Positions 27,422-37,581 of a stretch of DNA of 64,000 bases are shown piece after piece. The position numbers and the translations under genes were made by a program. How positions within the stretch are numbered: the stretch's first letter is position 1; each line of letters opens with the position of its first letter. The stretch is from assembly GCA_964526835.1 (NCBI GenBank), contig CAZGMK010000008.1, positions 5,290-69,289 of the forward strand, in the 5' to 3' direction. This DNA comes from an uncultured Ignavibacteriales bacterium. Lineage in GTDB: Bacteria > Zixibacteria > MSB-5A5 > GN15 > FEB-12. Below the pieces are notes generated by a model. The model was not told where the DNA came from and made no database searches. It saw only the letters and a program-made list of their open reading frames with translations.

Positions 27422-28414
27422 ATGTTGACCCCAAGCGCTGATAGTACAGAGATGCCCCGCGAAGACTTTGAGATGATGCGGGATTTCATCCATGAAAAGA
27501 GCGGCATATTCTTTGCGGAAAACAAGCAGTACTTGCTCAAGAACCGTCTGGAAAAGCGAATGGCGACGCTGGGTATCAAGACCTATCGCGATTACTTTTA
27601 CCATATCAAGTATGATACCTCCCAGAAGGAGTTCAACCAGCTTTTGAACCTGGTTACCACCAATGAGACCAGTTTCTACAGGAATGAGCCGCAGTTGAAG
27701 TCCTTTTCCGACGAGGTTCTGCCTCAGTTCGCCAAGGAGAAGAGCGGGGCGGTCAAGTCGCTGCGGATATGGTCGGCCGGGTGCTCAACCGGTGAAGAAC
27801 CGTATACGCTGGCGATGCTGATCACCGAGAGACTGGGTTCGCTCAATGGATGGAATGTCGAAATCTACGCCAACGACATCTCCGAAAATGTGCTGCAGAA
27901 GGCGCGCAAGGGGGAATACTCGGGGCTCACCCTGCGCAATGTCAAGCCGAGCCTCCTGGACAGGTTCTTCACACGTGGGGATAATGACCTGTATACGGTC
28001 AAGTCGGAGATCAAGTCTCTGGTGCGCTTTTCCCAGATCAATCTGAACGATCCGCGCCAGATATCCCGGTACTCGAACGTGGACGCCATATTCTGTCGCA
28101 ATGTCATGATATACTTCTCCGATGAGGTCAAGCGGCAGATCGTGCGCGGATTCTACAATTCACTTCGGCCGGGCGGCTACTTCTATATTGGCCATTCGGA
28201 AACCCTGCACAGCATTTCGAAGGCGTTCAAGCTGGTGTACCTCAAGAACGCGCTGGTGTATCAGAAGGAGGGAGTCGGGGCACCGGCCAGGGACAGAGCG
28301 CTTGCCGCGACACAGGCCGCCCGGACCAGCGCCGGCGCCCAGCCCGATGTAGGCGGAGCCGCCCGCGCCCTGGACCTTCTGAGCAAGGTTAAACCCATGA
28401 CAGCGACGAAATAA
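27422..28414 (+). CDS. cheR: Chemotaxis protein methyltransferase CheR
   Basis: It contains TNETSFYRN and the SAM-binding IWSAGCSTGEEPY motif, plus FCRNVMIYF. Confidence 0.93.
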   Translation: MLTPSADSTEMPREDFEMMRDFIHEKSGIFFAENKQYLLKNRLEKRMATLGIKTYRDYFYHIKYDTSQKEFNQLLNLVTTNETSFYRNEPQLKSFSDEVLPQFAKEKSGAVKSLRIWSAGCSTGEEPYTLAMLITERLGSLNGWNVEIYANDISENVLQKARKGEYSGLTLRNVKPSLLDRFFTRGDNDLYTVKSEIKSLVRFSQINLNDPRQISRYSNVDAIFCRNVMIYFSDEVKRQIVRGFYNSLRPGGYFYIGHSETLHSISKAFKLVYLKNALVYQKEGVGAPARDRALAATQAARTSAGAQPDVGGAARALDLLSKVKPMTATK

Positions 28415-28442
28415 CGAGAACTGCAAATACGGGACAGAACCC

Positions 28443-28814
28443 ATGCCACAGACAATACTGGTTGTAGATGATTCCCCGACGGTGGTGAAGTTCGTAGCCT
28501 TCTCGCTGAAAAACAGCGGCTATCAGGTAGTCACCGCCTGCGATGGTATGGACGCCCTGGAAAAGCTGTCCAATATGCCGCAGTCGGTTGATCTGGTGAT
28601 CACCGATCTGAATATGCCCAATCTGGACGGCTACGGGTTGATATCGACGCTACGCGATAATGAACTCCATCGCGCCACGCCGATCATTATCCTGTCGTCC
28701 GAAGAAGCCGAGGATGATCGTCGGAGAGGCATCGAAGTGGGGGCGAGCTCCTATCTGGTGAAGCCTTTCAAGTCGTCCTTGCTTCTGACTGAAGTCTCCA
28801 GGTATCTGAAATAG
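28443..28814 (+). CDS. CheY-like response regulator
   Basis: 123 aa with VVDDS, LVITDLNMPNLDG, IIILSS and LVKPF motifs. Confidence 0.88.
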   Translation: MPQTILVVDDSPTVVKFVAFSLKNSGYQVVTACDGMDALEKLSNMPQSVDLVITDLNMPNLDGYGLISTLRDNELHRATPIIILSSEEAEDDRRRGIEVGASSYLVKPFKSSLLLTEVSRYLK

Positions 28815-28845
28815 ATGATCAATTTGAAGATAGGAGGTAGGCAGC

Positions 28846-29220
28846 GTGGCTGATTTGAAAATACTGGCTGTCGATGACAGCCCGACGATGCGACGCATCA
28901 TCATCAACACTCTGAAAAGGGCGGGCTTCACGAATGTGGTCGAGGCCAGCGACGGCAAGGACGCTTTGGCCAAGATGAAGGTCGACAAGTTCAACTTCGT
29001 CATCACCGACTGGAATATGCCGGAGATGGACGGCCTCTCATTCGTGACGACTCTGCGAGGCATGGACGAGTACAAGAGCCTGCCCATCCTGATGGTCACG
29101 ACGCGGTCGGTCAAGGACGATATCGTGGAGGCCCTGAAAGCCGGCGTGAATAACTATATTGTCAAGCCGTTCACACCGGATACTCTGAAAGAAAAAATCG
29201 AACAGGTGTTGGCTGGCTGA
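28846..29220 (+). CDS. cheY: Chemotaxis response regulator CheY
   Basis: KILAVDDSPTMRRII, FVITDWNMPEMDG, ILMVTT and NYIVKPFT form the classical CheY signature. Confidence 0.93.
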   Translation: MADLKILAVDDSPTMRRIIINTLKRAGFTNVVEASDGKDALAKMKVDKFNFVITDWNMPEMDGLSFVTTLRGMDEYKSLPILMVTTRSVKDDIVEALKAGVNNYIVKPFTPDTLKEKIEQVLAG

Positions 29221-29852
29221 TGCAGGCCATGGACAGGAGAGAACCCATGTCAGAAAACCCCAAGCTTCAGGCCAAGCTGCAACAGGAGATCGGCGAACTG
29301 GCAGCATCGATCAACGCCATTGCGAAGAACTTCAGGGAATTGAACAGCCCTTTGACCGAATCGCGCGAAAAGGTACCGGTTGCCACCCAGCAGCTCGACA
29401 AGATCACAGAACAGACCGAGGCGGCCACGCATCGGATGCTCGATACGGTCGAGCAGATTCTCGGCCGTCAGGAAGAAGTCATCGACGGCCTGGCGAAGGT
29501 CAAGGAGTATGTGGACACCAAGGAAGACCGCGAGATGTCGGCAGTAGTCGACACGCTCGTGGACAAGTCCAACATCACCCTCAACGATACCTACGCCATT
29601 ATGGATGCCCTGCAATTCCAGGACATCACAAGCCAGCAGATCAACCACGCGGCCTCACTGTTGGAAGATATCGAGGGCAAGTTGTCCAGGATAGTCGGCG
29701 TTCTTGGCGGAGAGAAAGCGAACGACGGCGCCGCCGATCCATCGCCCGCAACCGCCAAGCGCGTATTTGATCCGCATGCCGATCTGAGTGACAAGAAAAC
29801 CGACCAGGCCGCAATCGATGATTTGATTTCGCAGAACGCGACCCGCAAATAG
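29220..29852 (+). CDS. cheZ: CheZ-like CheY-P phosphatase
   Basis: 210 aa and helical. The motif FQDITSQQI matches the CheZ catalytic FQDLTGQ. The C-terminal IDDLIS resembles the CheY-binding peptide. The start overlaps the cheY stop (TGATG). Confidence 0.7.
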   Translation: MQAMDRREPMSENPKLQAKLQQEIGELAASINAIAKNFRELNSPLTESREKVPVATQQLDKITEQTEAATHRMLDTVEQILGRQEEVIDGLAKVKEYVDTKEDREMSAVVDTLVDKSNITLNDTYAIMDALQFQDITSQQINHAASLLEDIEGKLSRIVGVLGGEKANDGAADPSPATAKRVFDPHADLSDKKTDQAAIDDLISQNATRK

Positions 29853-29864
29853 CTCGAGGCGCAT

Positions 29865-31712
29865 ATGTCCCAGGACCTTGAAATGGATGAGATGCGGGAG
29901 ATCATCGACGACTTCCTGCTCGAAGCCGACGAGCTGGTCGAGGGTCTTGACAACGCATTCGTGAAGCTCGAGGGATCTCCGGGCGATCTCGACCTCCTTA
30001 ACGAGATATTTCGCGCGGTTCACACGATCAAGGGAACATCGAGCTTTCTCGGCTTCGAGCAAGTCACCACTCTGTCTCACAAGATGGAGGATATACTCAA
30101 TAAACTTCGCAAGACGGAGTTGAGTGTAACCGCCGAGATCATGGATGTCTTGCTACAGGGCCTCGACCTGCTGAAAGCCCTGCTTGAGAAAGTGAGGCAG
30201 CAGTCCGACGAGACTATTCCGATAGATGATATCCTGGCTCGCCTGGCCGCGGCCGAATCCGGAGCTGAGTCTGACGAGCCGGCCCCCGAGCCCGAACAAC
30301 AAGTCGACGAATCGGCGATTGCCGGCGATCTCCCACCTGATGAGCCCGCCCGGTCGGTGAATTCTGCTCCGGAAACAGCAACCGACCCCGGACCCGCGAA
30401 GGACCATGCTCCCGCACCGGACAGCGCAGGCCAGGCAAGCTCATCCGCACCGGACAAGCAGGCTTCAGCGAACACGCAGCAGCCGACCGGCGGTAAAGGT
30501 CCGGCCAGGAAATCCGGGGAGCAGACGATTCGGGTAGGCGTCGACCGACTGGATTCGCTTATGAATATGATGGGCGAACTGGTTCTGGGACGCAATGCAC
30601 TCGTGCAGAGCCTCGGAAATCTAAACCAGCAGAACGAAGGCGATTATACGCTGGAGGGCCTCAACAGCGCTACCAAGAGCATCAATTTCATCACTACCGA
30701 GTTGCAGATGGCTGTGATGAGTATGCGGATGCTGCCGGTTGGCAAGGTGTTCAGCCGATTTCCCCGCCAGGTGCGCGACTTAGCCCGCGAGACCGGCAAG
30801 AAGATCGATCTTCATATTTCGGGAGAGAGTACAGAACTTGACAAGTCGGTCATCGAAGAAATCGGCGATCCGCTGATGCATATTGTCAGGAACTCCTGTG
30901 ATCATGGCCTCGAGCTGCCGGAGGAGCGGGTAGCCTCGGGTAAGCCCGAAGTCGGCAATGTCTGGCTGCAGGCTGCCCAGGAAGGATCGAATATCGTCAT
31001 CACTATCCGTGATGACGGTCGCGGTTTCGACGTCGACGCCATCCGGGACAAGGCGGTGGAGAAGGGTCTGGCCTCGCGAGGGGAAGTGGATCGCATGCCC
31101 GACGCGGATATCTTCCGCTTTATATTTCAAGCCGGTTTCTCCACGGCCAAGAAGGTAACCGATATTTCCGGTCGCGGCGTCGGCATGGACGTCGTACGTA
31201 CCAATATCGAGAAACTCAACGGCATCATCGAGCTTGATTCGACCAAGGGACAGGGGTCCACTGTTTCGATCAAGTTGCCGCTCACCCTGGCTATCGTCCA
31301 GGGCCTGCTGGTCGAAAGCGACGACGAGGTATTCATTTTGCCGCTGGCATCGGTGCAGGAGACAGTCAAGATTGAGCAGGCGCGGATGTATCATGTGAAT
31401 CAGCGTCCGGTATTCCGTTTGCGCAACGAGATCATACCAATTGTGAATCTAGGCCATGTCCTTGGACGCAGCCCCCAGGGCTTCCAGATCGATCGGAAGC
31501 CCTATATCGTTGTGGTCGGCCTGGCCGAGAAGAAACTCGGTCTGGCCATTGATCACTTCCTCGGACAGGAAGAAGTGGTCATCAAAGCCCTGGGCGATTA
31601 TCTGGGTTCCACCGAAGGCATTGCCGGGGCGACGATTCTCGGTGATGGTCGGATCCGCCTGATTGTTGACATGATCGGCCTGTTCAAACTGGCCCGACAG
31701 ATGGTGAACTGA
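29865..31712 (+). CDS. cheA: Chemotaxis histidine kinase CheA
   Basis: It has an Hpt domain with HTIKGTS, a low-complexity linker, a dimerisation domain and HATPase motifs (DDGRG, GRGVGMDVV). A C-terminal CheW-like domain is present. Confidence 0.95.
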   Translation: MSQDLEMDEMREIIDDFLLEADELVEGLDNAFVKLEGSPGDLDLLNEIFRAVHTIKGTSSFLGFEQVTTLSHKMEDILNKLRKTELSVTAEIMDVLLQGLDLLKALLEKVRQQSDETIPIDDILARLAAAESGAESDEPAPEPEQQVDESAIAGDLPPDEPARSVNSAPETATDPGPAKDHAPAPDSAGQASSSAPDKQASANTQQPTGGKGPARKSGEQTIRVGVDRLDSLMNMMGELVLGRNALVQSLGNLNQQNEGDYTLEGLNSATKSINFITTELQMAVMSMRMLPVGKVFSRFPRQVRDLARETGKKIDLHISGESTELDKSVIEEIGDPLMHIVRNSCDHGLELPEERVASGKPEVGNVWLQAAQEGSNIVITIRDDGRGFDVDAIRDKAVEKGLASRGEVDRMPDADIFRFIFQAGFSTAKKVTDISGRGVGMDVVRTNIEKLNGIIELDSTKGQGSTVSIKLPLTLAIVQGLLVESDDEVFILPLASVQETVKIEQARMYHVNQRPVFRLRNEIIPIVNLGHVLGRSPQGFQIDRKPYIVVVGLAEKKLGLAIDHFLGQEEVVIKALGDYLGSTEGIAGATILGDGRIRLIVDMIGLFKLARQMVN

Positions 31713-31723
31713 AGGAGGCCGAC

Positions 31724-32854
31724 TTGAGTCGCGAGACAGGCAGGCAGATACGGATCCTCATTGTCGACGACAGCGCCTTTATGCGTAAGGCGCTCCAGAT
31801 GATGCTCGAATCGGATCCCCTGATCAAGGTGATTGCCACCGCCCGCGACGGGGAGGAGGGAGTCGAAAAGGTCCGCCGGTTGAAGCCGGATCTGGTGACG
31901 ATGGATATCGAGATGCCGAGGATGGACGGCCTGGCCGCCCTGAGGGAGATCATGGCCACCAACCCCACACCGGTCATGATGATTTCTTCATTGACCACCG
32001 ACGGGGCCAGCGCCACCCTCGATGCGCTGGAAATGGGGGCGGTGGATTTCATTCCCAAGGGCCTGTCCTATGTAAGTCTCGATATTGTGAAGATCAAAGA
32101 AGAACTCGTGGCGAAGATCAAGGACATCGTCAGGCGCAAGAACCTCCTGATGGCTCGCGCCCGACGCGCCAGGTTCGCGAAGCTGACGAAGGCCCCGATT
32201 CAGAAGCCGGCTCCGGGCCAGCCGGCAGCGCGCCGTCGCCCGGCATTCGAGACCTCCGTTGCCGCCCCGGTGGCCAAGCGCTCACATCCGGTCAGCATGA
32301 TCGCTGTCGGCTCATCCACGGGGGGACCTCCGGCCCTCCAAGCCATTATTCCCCGTCTGCCGCGCAACCTGCCGGTCGGGATGGTGATTGCACAACACAT
32401 GCCCGCCACCTTCACCAAGTCCCTGGCGGACCGGCTGGACAGCCTGTCGAGGGTGGCTGTGCGCGAAGCCGAACACGGTGACCCGGTTGAACCGGGGACG
32501 GTTCTCATTGCTCCCGGCGGGCGGCACCTGACCGTCAAGAAGTATGGTGTCAGGGCCAACGTCGTAATATCCGATGAACCCTCCACCACTCTGTACAAGC
32601 CGTGCGTGGATGTTACTCTCAACTCCGTTGCGGATAACTTCGGTCGCGCCACGATGGGAGTCATCCTGACCGGTATGGGTTCCAATGGGGTCGTTGGGAT
32701 ACGCAGTATCCGTGACAGAGGCGGTGTCGTCATCGCTCAGGATGAAGAGAGCTGCGTGGTCTACGGAATGCCCCGGGCGGTGATCGAAGCCGGTCTTGCC
32801 AGTCACATCGCACCGGTCGAGAACATCGCCTCGGAAGTCCTTTCCTACTTCTGA
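31724..32854 (+). CDS. cheB: Chemotaxis methylesterase/deamidase CheB
   Basis: An N-terminal receiver (VDDSAFMR, VTMDIEMPRMDG) is followed by a methylesterase domain (GSSTGGP, QHMP..FT). The ORF track assigns a non-ATG (TTG) start. Confidence 0.93.
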   Translation: MSRETGRQIRILIVDDSAFMRKALQMMLESDPLIKVIATARDGEEGVEKVRRLKPDLVTMDIEMPRMDGLAALREIMATNPTPVMMISSLTTDGASATLDALEMGAVDFIPKGLSYVSLDIVKIKEELVAKIKDIVRRKNLLMARARRARFAKLTKAPIQKPAPGQPAARRRPAFETSVAAPVAKRSHPVSMIAVGSSTGGPPALQAIIPRLPRNLPVGMVIAQHMPATFTKSLADRLDSLSRVAVREAEHGDPVEPGTVLIAPGGRHLTVKKYGVRANVVISDEPSTTLYKPCVDVTLNSVADNFGRATMGVILTGMGSNGVVGIRSIRDRGGVVIAQDEESCVVYGMPRAVIEAGLASHIAPVENIASEVLSYF

Positions 32855-32904
32855 CCAAGTTTTTGTTGAATGCCGTCTGCCGTTAGCGTATCCCGTGCTT
32901 TAGA

Positions 32905-34290
32905 ATGGGATACGACAGGGACGACGATCTCACAATAACGACCGACCGGATCGCCGATGCCGATACGGTTGAGTCGACCACTCAGGATGACGGGCAGGCG
33001 AGCTCAGGTGATGTCTTCGACAAGGATGTCGGGCGCTTCACCGAAAACTTCGCGGCCTTCTCGCGCATAATCAATTCGTTGCAGCGCAAGTACTTGGAGC
33101 TGCAGACAGAATTCCGCAGGCAGAACGATCAACTGGTCGAAGCCAACAGCAGGCTGGTCGAGCTGAGCGAGGCTAACCTGGCCGCCACGGAGTTTCTCAA
33201 CAGCATACTCAACTCCCTGTCGGCCGGAGTCGTCGCTGTGGACAGAAGCGGCACTGTCACGCACTGCAATCCCGCAGCCGCGAGGATTCTCGGGTTACCA
33301 GTCGGGAGCATAGTCGGCAAGCCTTACAAGGATTTCCTGGTGGGTGACGGGCCGGCTGAAGCCAATGCGGTCAGGGCGGCCCAGACCGGGTGTGAGGTCT
33401 CTTCGGTTGAGAAGAAGATCAGCCTCCCCGATGGTCGTTCGGCGCAGGTCTCGGTGTCCACATCGGTACTACGCGATCGCTCACAGGCCTCAGAGGGAGC
33501 CGTCGAAGTCTTCCATGACATCACCAAGATGAAGCGGCTCGAACAGGAATTGGCCCGTCTGAACACCCTGGCCGCCCTCGGTGAAATGGCCGCCACCATT
33601 GCCCACGAGGTTCGGAACCCTTTGTCCGGAATCGCCGGATTTGCGGCCCTCCTGGAACGCGATCTGGATGAGCACGATCCGCACCGCAAGACTGTACGAA
33701 AGATCATTCGCGGAGTCGAAGCCCTCAACCAGACGGTGGCCACACTGCTGAATTACACCCGCTTCAAGGAGATCAGCCGCACCGATGTGCTGTACGCTGA
33801 CTTTCTCAGCAAGACGGTCGAGCGCTTTCGTTCGGATATCAAGGCCAAGGGGCGATCCGTTTCTATAGCGATCAGGGACCCGGAACCGCAATCCGCCGGC
33901 GTTCGGTTGAGGCTGGATGTTGTCCTGATGCGGCAGGTTATTCTCAACATACTCGACAATGGTGTCCAGGCTATGGACGGCGACGGTCGGATTACGCTGG
34001 AATTCCGACGCATGGAACCGGTCGAGTCGGTGAGGAGATTCGGCGACAAGGTGTTCCTCGGTAGTGACGAGACTATCGTGGAGACCATCATAAGCGATCA
34101 GGGACCCGGTATACACGACCATGATCTGGACCGGATCTTCGCCCCGTTCTTCTCGACCCGGCCGGGGGGCAATGGCCTTGGCCTGGCGGTGGTCTGGAAG
34201 ATTGTCAAAGCGCACGGAGGAGAAGTGTTCGCTGACGATGCCGCCGGTGGTGGCGCGGCTTTTCACATACTGCTCCCTACTCGGGCGTAG
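32905..34290 (+). CDS. PAS-domain sensor histidine kinase (FlrB/FleS/AtoS-like)
   Basis: It has a PAS-like region (GVVAVDRSG.VTHCNPAA), the H-box IAHEVRNPLSGI, and N/G boxes (ILDNGVQA, GNGLGLAVV). I see no TM segments. Confidence 0.88.
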   Translation: MGYDRDDDLTITTDRIADADTVESTTQDDGQASSGDVFDKDVGRFTENFAAFSRIINSLQRKYLELQTEFRRQNDQLVEANSRLVELSEANLAATEFLNSILNSLSAGVVAVDRSGTVTHCNPAAARILGLPVGSIVGKPYKDFLVGDGPAEANAVRAAQTGCEVSSVEKKISLPDGRSAQVSVSTSVLRDRSQASEGAVEVFHDITKMKRLEQELARLNTLAALGEMAATIAHEVRNPLSGIAGFAALLERDLDEHDPHRKTVRKIIRGVEALNQTVATLLNYTRFKEISRTDVLYADFLSKTVERFRSDIKAKGRSVSIAIRDPEPQSAGVRLRLDVVLMRQVILNILDNGVQAMDGDGRITLEFRRMEPVESVRRFGDKVFLGSDETIVETIISDQGPGIHDHDLDRIFAPFFSTRPGGNGLGLAVVWKIVKAHGGEVFADDAAGGGAAFHILLPTRA

Positions 34291-34299
34291 ACTGCAAGG

Positions 34300-35712
34300 A
34301 TGGAGCTTAGGAAGATGAAGTACACGGTTCTGGTTGTCGATGACGATACGCTGGTAAACGAGTTCCTTACTGAGACCCTCGAGCGCGCCGGCTACGAATG
34401 CCGTGCCGCGATCTCCGGTGAAGAGGCGATGCGTCTCTTCGTCGACAAGCCGACCGACATCGTGCTGACCGATCTCAAGATGCCCGGAATGTCGGGTATT
34501 GAAGTGATCGAACAGGTCAAGAACGTCAACCCCGAGACCGTCGTTGTGATGATGACCGCTTACGGCACAATCGAAACTGCGGTCAAGGCCATCAAGCTCG
34601 GGGCTTACGACTTCCTGCTCAAGCCTGTACTTCCAGAGCCTCTGGAGCACCTGATGAGTCGGGCGACCGAGATTCTCAACCTGCGCTCGGAGAACGCCCG
34701 GATGCGCCAGGACCTGCAGCGCAAGTTCCAGAACATCGTCGGCAAGTCCAGGCAGATGGAGGCGGTCTTTGACTTAATCCGCTCCGTTGCCGACGCTCGC
34801 TCGACGGTCATGATAACCGGGGGCAGCGGTACCGGCAAAGAACTGGTAGCCCGCGCCATCCACTATACATCGAATCGCAAGAACGCCCCCTTCATCAAGC
34901 TCAATTGCGCCGCCTTGCCGGAGACGCTTGTCGAAGCAGAGTTGTTCGGCTACGAAAAAGGCGCCTTCACGGATGCCAAGAAGACCCATCGCGGGCGGTT
35001 TGAGCTTGCCGACGGCGGTACTCTCTTGCTCGATGAGATATCGGAAATGCCGCTTAACCTCCAATCCAAGCTGCTGCGAGTGATTCAAGAGCGAGAGTTC
35101 GAGCGCGTCGGATCATCGGAGACCATTGCCGTGGATGTGCGCCTGATAGCAACATCAAACCGGGACCTCAAGGCCTATGTCAAGAACGGACGATTTAGAG
35201 AGGACCTCTATTACCGGCTGAATGTCATCCCGATTCACCTGTGTCCGCTTGAAGAGCGCAAAGAGGATATCCCGCTTCTGGTACAGCACTTTATTGACAA
35301 GTACAATGAAGAGAACAACAAGCAGATCAAGGGTATCGACTCCGAGGCGCTGAAGCTCTTCATGAAGTACCATTGGCCGGGGAACGTCCGCGAGCTGGAA
35401 AACCTGATCGAGCGGGCGGTGGTGACGTCACGCGGGGATTGCTTACGTGAGGACGACTTTCCTTCCGAGCTCGCCATGGGGCCGGTGGCCGATGAGCTCC
35501 CGGAGCTCAAAGTCCCGATCAGCCTCGAGGAAGGCAGCAAGTACCTGATTCTCAAGACCCTGGAGAGGTACGACGGCAACAAGACCCGAGCCGCCGAGGC
35601 GCTCGGCATAACGACACGGACGATTCGCAATAAGCTGGCCGAATACCGCTCGGATGGCGAGGAGCAGACGGATACTCAGGATCGCGACGACACCGTCTCG
35701 GCCAACCATTAG
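34300..35712 (+). CDS. Sigma-54-dependent response regulator (NtrC family; FlrC/FleR-like)
   Basis: A receiver ([17 protein letters not shown]) is followed by an AAA+ domain ([25 protein letters not shown]). A C-terminal Fis-type HTH is present. An alternative start lies at 34315. Confidence 0.93.
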   Translation: MELRKMKYTVLVVDDDTLVNEFLTETLERAGYECRAAISGEEAMRLFVDKPTDIVLTDLKMPGMSGIEVIEQVKNVNPETVVVMMTAYGTIETAVKAIKLGAYDFLLKPVLPEPLEHLMSRATEILNLRSENARMRQDLQRKFQNIVGKSRQMEAVFDLIRSVADARSTVMITGGSGTGKELVARAIHYTSNRKNAPFIKLNCAALPETLVEAELFGYEKGAFTDAKKTHRGRFELADGGTLLLDEISEMPLNLQSKLLRVIQEREFERVGSSETIAVDVRLIATSNRDLKAYVKNGRFREDLYYRLNVIPIHLCPLEERKEDIPLLVQHFIDKYNEENNKQIKGIDSEALKLFMKYHWPGNVRELENLIERAVVTSRGDCLREDDFPSELAMGPVADELPELKVPISLEEGSKYLILKTLERYDGNKTRAAEALGITTRTIRNKLAEYRSDGEEQTDTQDRDDTVSANH

Positions 35713-35811
35713 CGTCACCGCCGGGGCCTCGAGCGCGCCGGCGCCCGTTTCACACAGAAACGCAGCAGGGGAGGGGCACCCTGTTTTTGCGGCAGAAGAT
35801 TGCATTTTGGC

Positions 35812-35838
35812 TACATTCTGAACAGGGAGTGCCGATAC
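35812..35838 (+). promoter_or_regulatory. Sigma-28 (FliA)-type promoter candidate for motAB
   Basis: TACA, 15 nt, then GCCGATAC, against the consensus TAAA-N15-GCCGATAA. It lies about 60 nt upstream of motA. Confidence 0.45.
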
Positions 35839-35896
35839 TTGAAACAGTGGCTATGGTCCGCAAAATACGGGTCAGGCAGCTCGGAACAGGCACTCT

Positions 35897-36661
35897 ATGG
35901 ATATTGCGACAATAATAGGACTACTCACGTCAGTCGGAGCCATTGGGTTGGCCTTCAGCATGGAAGGCGGAAACCTGGATGCCGTTTTTCTTACCGCCCC
36001 GATTCTTATCGTCCTGGGCGGTACCCTGGGCGCCACGACCGTGACCACTTCCATCGATACTGTGACCAGGGTGCCGATGTTCTTGAAGGTGGCTCTCGTC
36101 AGGCGGGTCTATCCGCTCGAGCCGACCATCCAGCGGGTGGTTCGCCTGGCCGAGAAGGCTCGCCGAGAGGGGATTCTCGGTCTTGAGGCTGAGCTCAAGA
36201 ACATCGGCCACCCGTTCTTCCGCAAGGCCCTGCAACTGGTCATAGACGGTACGGAGGTTACGGTCCTCAGGGAGGTTCTCGAGACCGATATCGCCTACCT
36301 GGAGGACCGCCATCGTCGAGGCATCGAGTTCTTCCAGAAGGCCGGAGGTTTCGCCCCCACTATGGGCATTCTCGGTACTGTCCTGGGACTCGTGCACACC
36401 CTGGCCAACACGGACGACGCCGCCCGCATGGCCTCGGCGATCGCCTCAGCCTTCATTGCCACACTGTGGGGCGTCGGGATCGCCAACCTGTTCTTCCTGC
36501 CGATTTCCGATAAGCTGCGCCGTCGCCACCAGGAGGAGGTCGCCTTCCAGGAACTCATCATGGAGGGTGTAATAGCGCTGCAGTCGGGTGACACGCCGCG
36601 AAACATACGTACCAGGCTCCTGTCGTTCGTGCCCGCCCGCCAGCGCACGGGTGACCTGTGA
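35897..36661 (+). CDS. motA: Flagellar stator protein MotA
   Basis: 254 aa with four TM segments. The motifs G.APTMGILGTV.GL and A..AFIATLWGV are MotA/TolQ/ExbB-type. Confidence 0.92.
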   Translation: MDIATIIGLLTSVGAIGLAFSMEGGNLDAVFLTAPILIVLGGTLGATTVTTSIDTVTRVPMFLKVALVRRVYPLEPTIQRVVRLAEKARREGILGLEAELKNIGHPFFRKALQLVIDGTEVTVLREVLETDIAYLEDRHRRGIEFFQKAGGFAPTMGILGTVLGLVHTLANTDDAARMASAIASAFIATLWGVGIANLFFLPISDKLRRRHQEEVAFQELIMEGVIALQSGDTPRNIRTRLLSFVPARQRTGDL

Positions 36662-37464
36662 TGAAGCACCGCCGCAAACGAAGAAATGGCGAGGACGAGA
36701 ATGTCGACCGCTGGCTGCTGACCTACGCGGACATGATTACCCTGCTGCTGGCGTTCTTCATTGTCATGTACTCGATTTCCCAGCTCGACGCCAAGAAGTT
36801 CGGTAAGATGGCCGAGGCTCTTAATGGCGTACTACGCGGCGGACCATCGATATTCGACAAGTACATAGAACCCCAGGCCAGCCAGGGACACGGCCTGTTG
36901 AAATTCGGTAACCTCCGAATGATTCAGAAGCTGGTCGAGGAAAAATTCGAGAAGCTGGGGCGATCCGAAGAAGTGATCACCGAGATCACCGAGCGAGGTC
37001 TGGTCGTTCACATTGTCGAATCAGCCCTCTTTCCGACCGGGAGCGCCGAATTGCAGCCCAGGTCGATGGAAGTGCTCGACCTGATTGCACGCCGAATAGT
37101 CGGCATTCCAAACCACATCAGGATCGAGGGACACACCGATGACCGCCCCATCCAAACGGCGCGGTACCCCTCCAACTGGGAGCTTTCGTCGGCTCGCGCA
37201 ACTGAGGTCGTCCGCTACTTCGTCGACAATCACGGCGTTGAGCCGGATCGTATTTCAGCGCTGGGCTATGGCAGTTACCGGCCGGTCAAGCCCAATAACT
37301 CAATCGAGAACCGGGCGAGGAATCGCCGCGTGGACGTTGTCATACTGACCATGGAACTCTCGCTCAAAGAGCCCAGCTCGCAGTTTTACACCTTCGCCGA
37401 AGAAGAACCGGAATTACCTCCATCCGAGGAAAACTTTTCCGTAATGTCACCCGACAGCATCTAG
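36658..37464 (+). CDS. motB: Flagellar stator protein MotB (OmpA-like peptidoglycan-binding C-terminus)
   Basis: The N-terminus W.LTYADMITLLLAFF carries the conserved Asp. The C-terminal OmpA-like motifs are GHTD, N.ELS..RA and NRRV. Confidence 0.92.
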   Translation: MMKHRRKRRNGEDENVDRWLLTYADMITLLLAFFIVMYSISQLDAKKFGKMAEALNGVLRGGPSIFDKYIEPQASQGHGLLKFGNLRMIQKLVEEKFEKLGRSEEVITEITERGLVVHIVESALFPTGSAELQPRSMEVLDLIARRIVGIPNHIRIEGHTDDRPIQTARYPSNWELSSARATEVVRYFVDNHGVEPDRISALGYGSYRPVKPNNSIENRARNRRVDVVILTMELSLKEPSSQFYTFAEEEPELPPSEENFSVMSPDSI

Positions 37465-37530
37465 TTATCACGCCCCCCGCATAGTCTAAGTGCTTATTGT
37501 TCCTAATGATGCGACACCGTCGCTGGGTTT

Positions 37531-37546
37531 TGGCATGGCCCTTGCA
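37531..37546 (+). promoter_or_regulatory. Sigma-54 promoter upstream of flgB
   Basis: TGGCAT-GGCCC-TTGCA matches TGGCAC-N5-TTGCW with exact GG/GC spacing. It lies about 36 nt upstream of the flgB ATG. Confidence 0.7.
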
Positions 37547-37581
37547 ATAGCCTTTGGCGAGGTAATGGATTGAAGTAAGTT

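Noticed and set aside
35777-35862. Sigma-54-like strings upstream of motA (gGGCACcctgtttTTGC and TGGCTAtggtcCGCA).
   Set aside because: The GG-to-GC spacing is off by +2 and -1 nt respectively. The sigma-28-type motif at 35812-35838 fits better.
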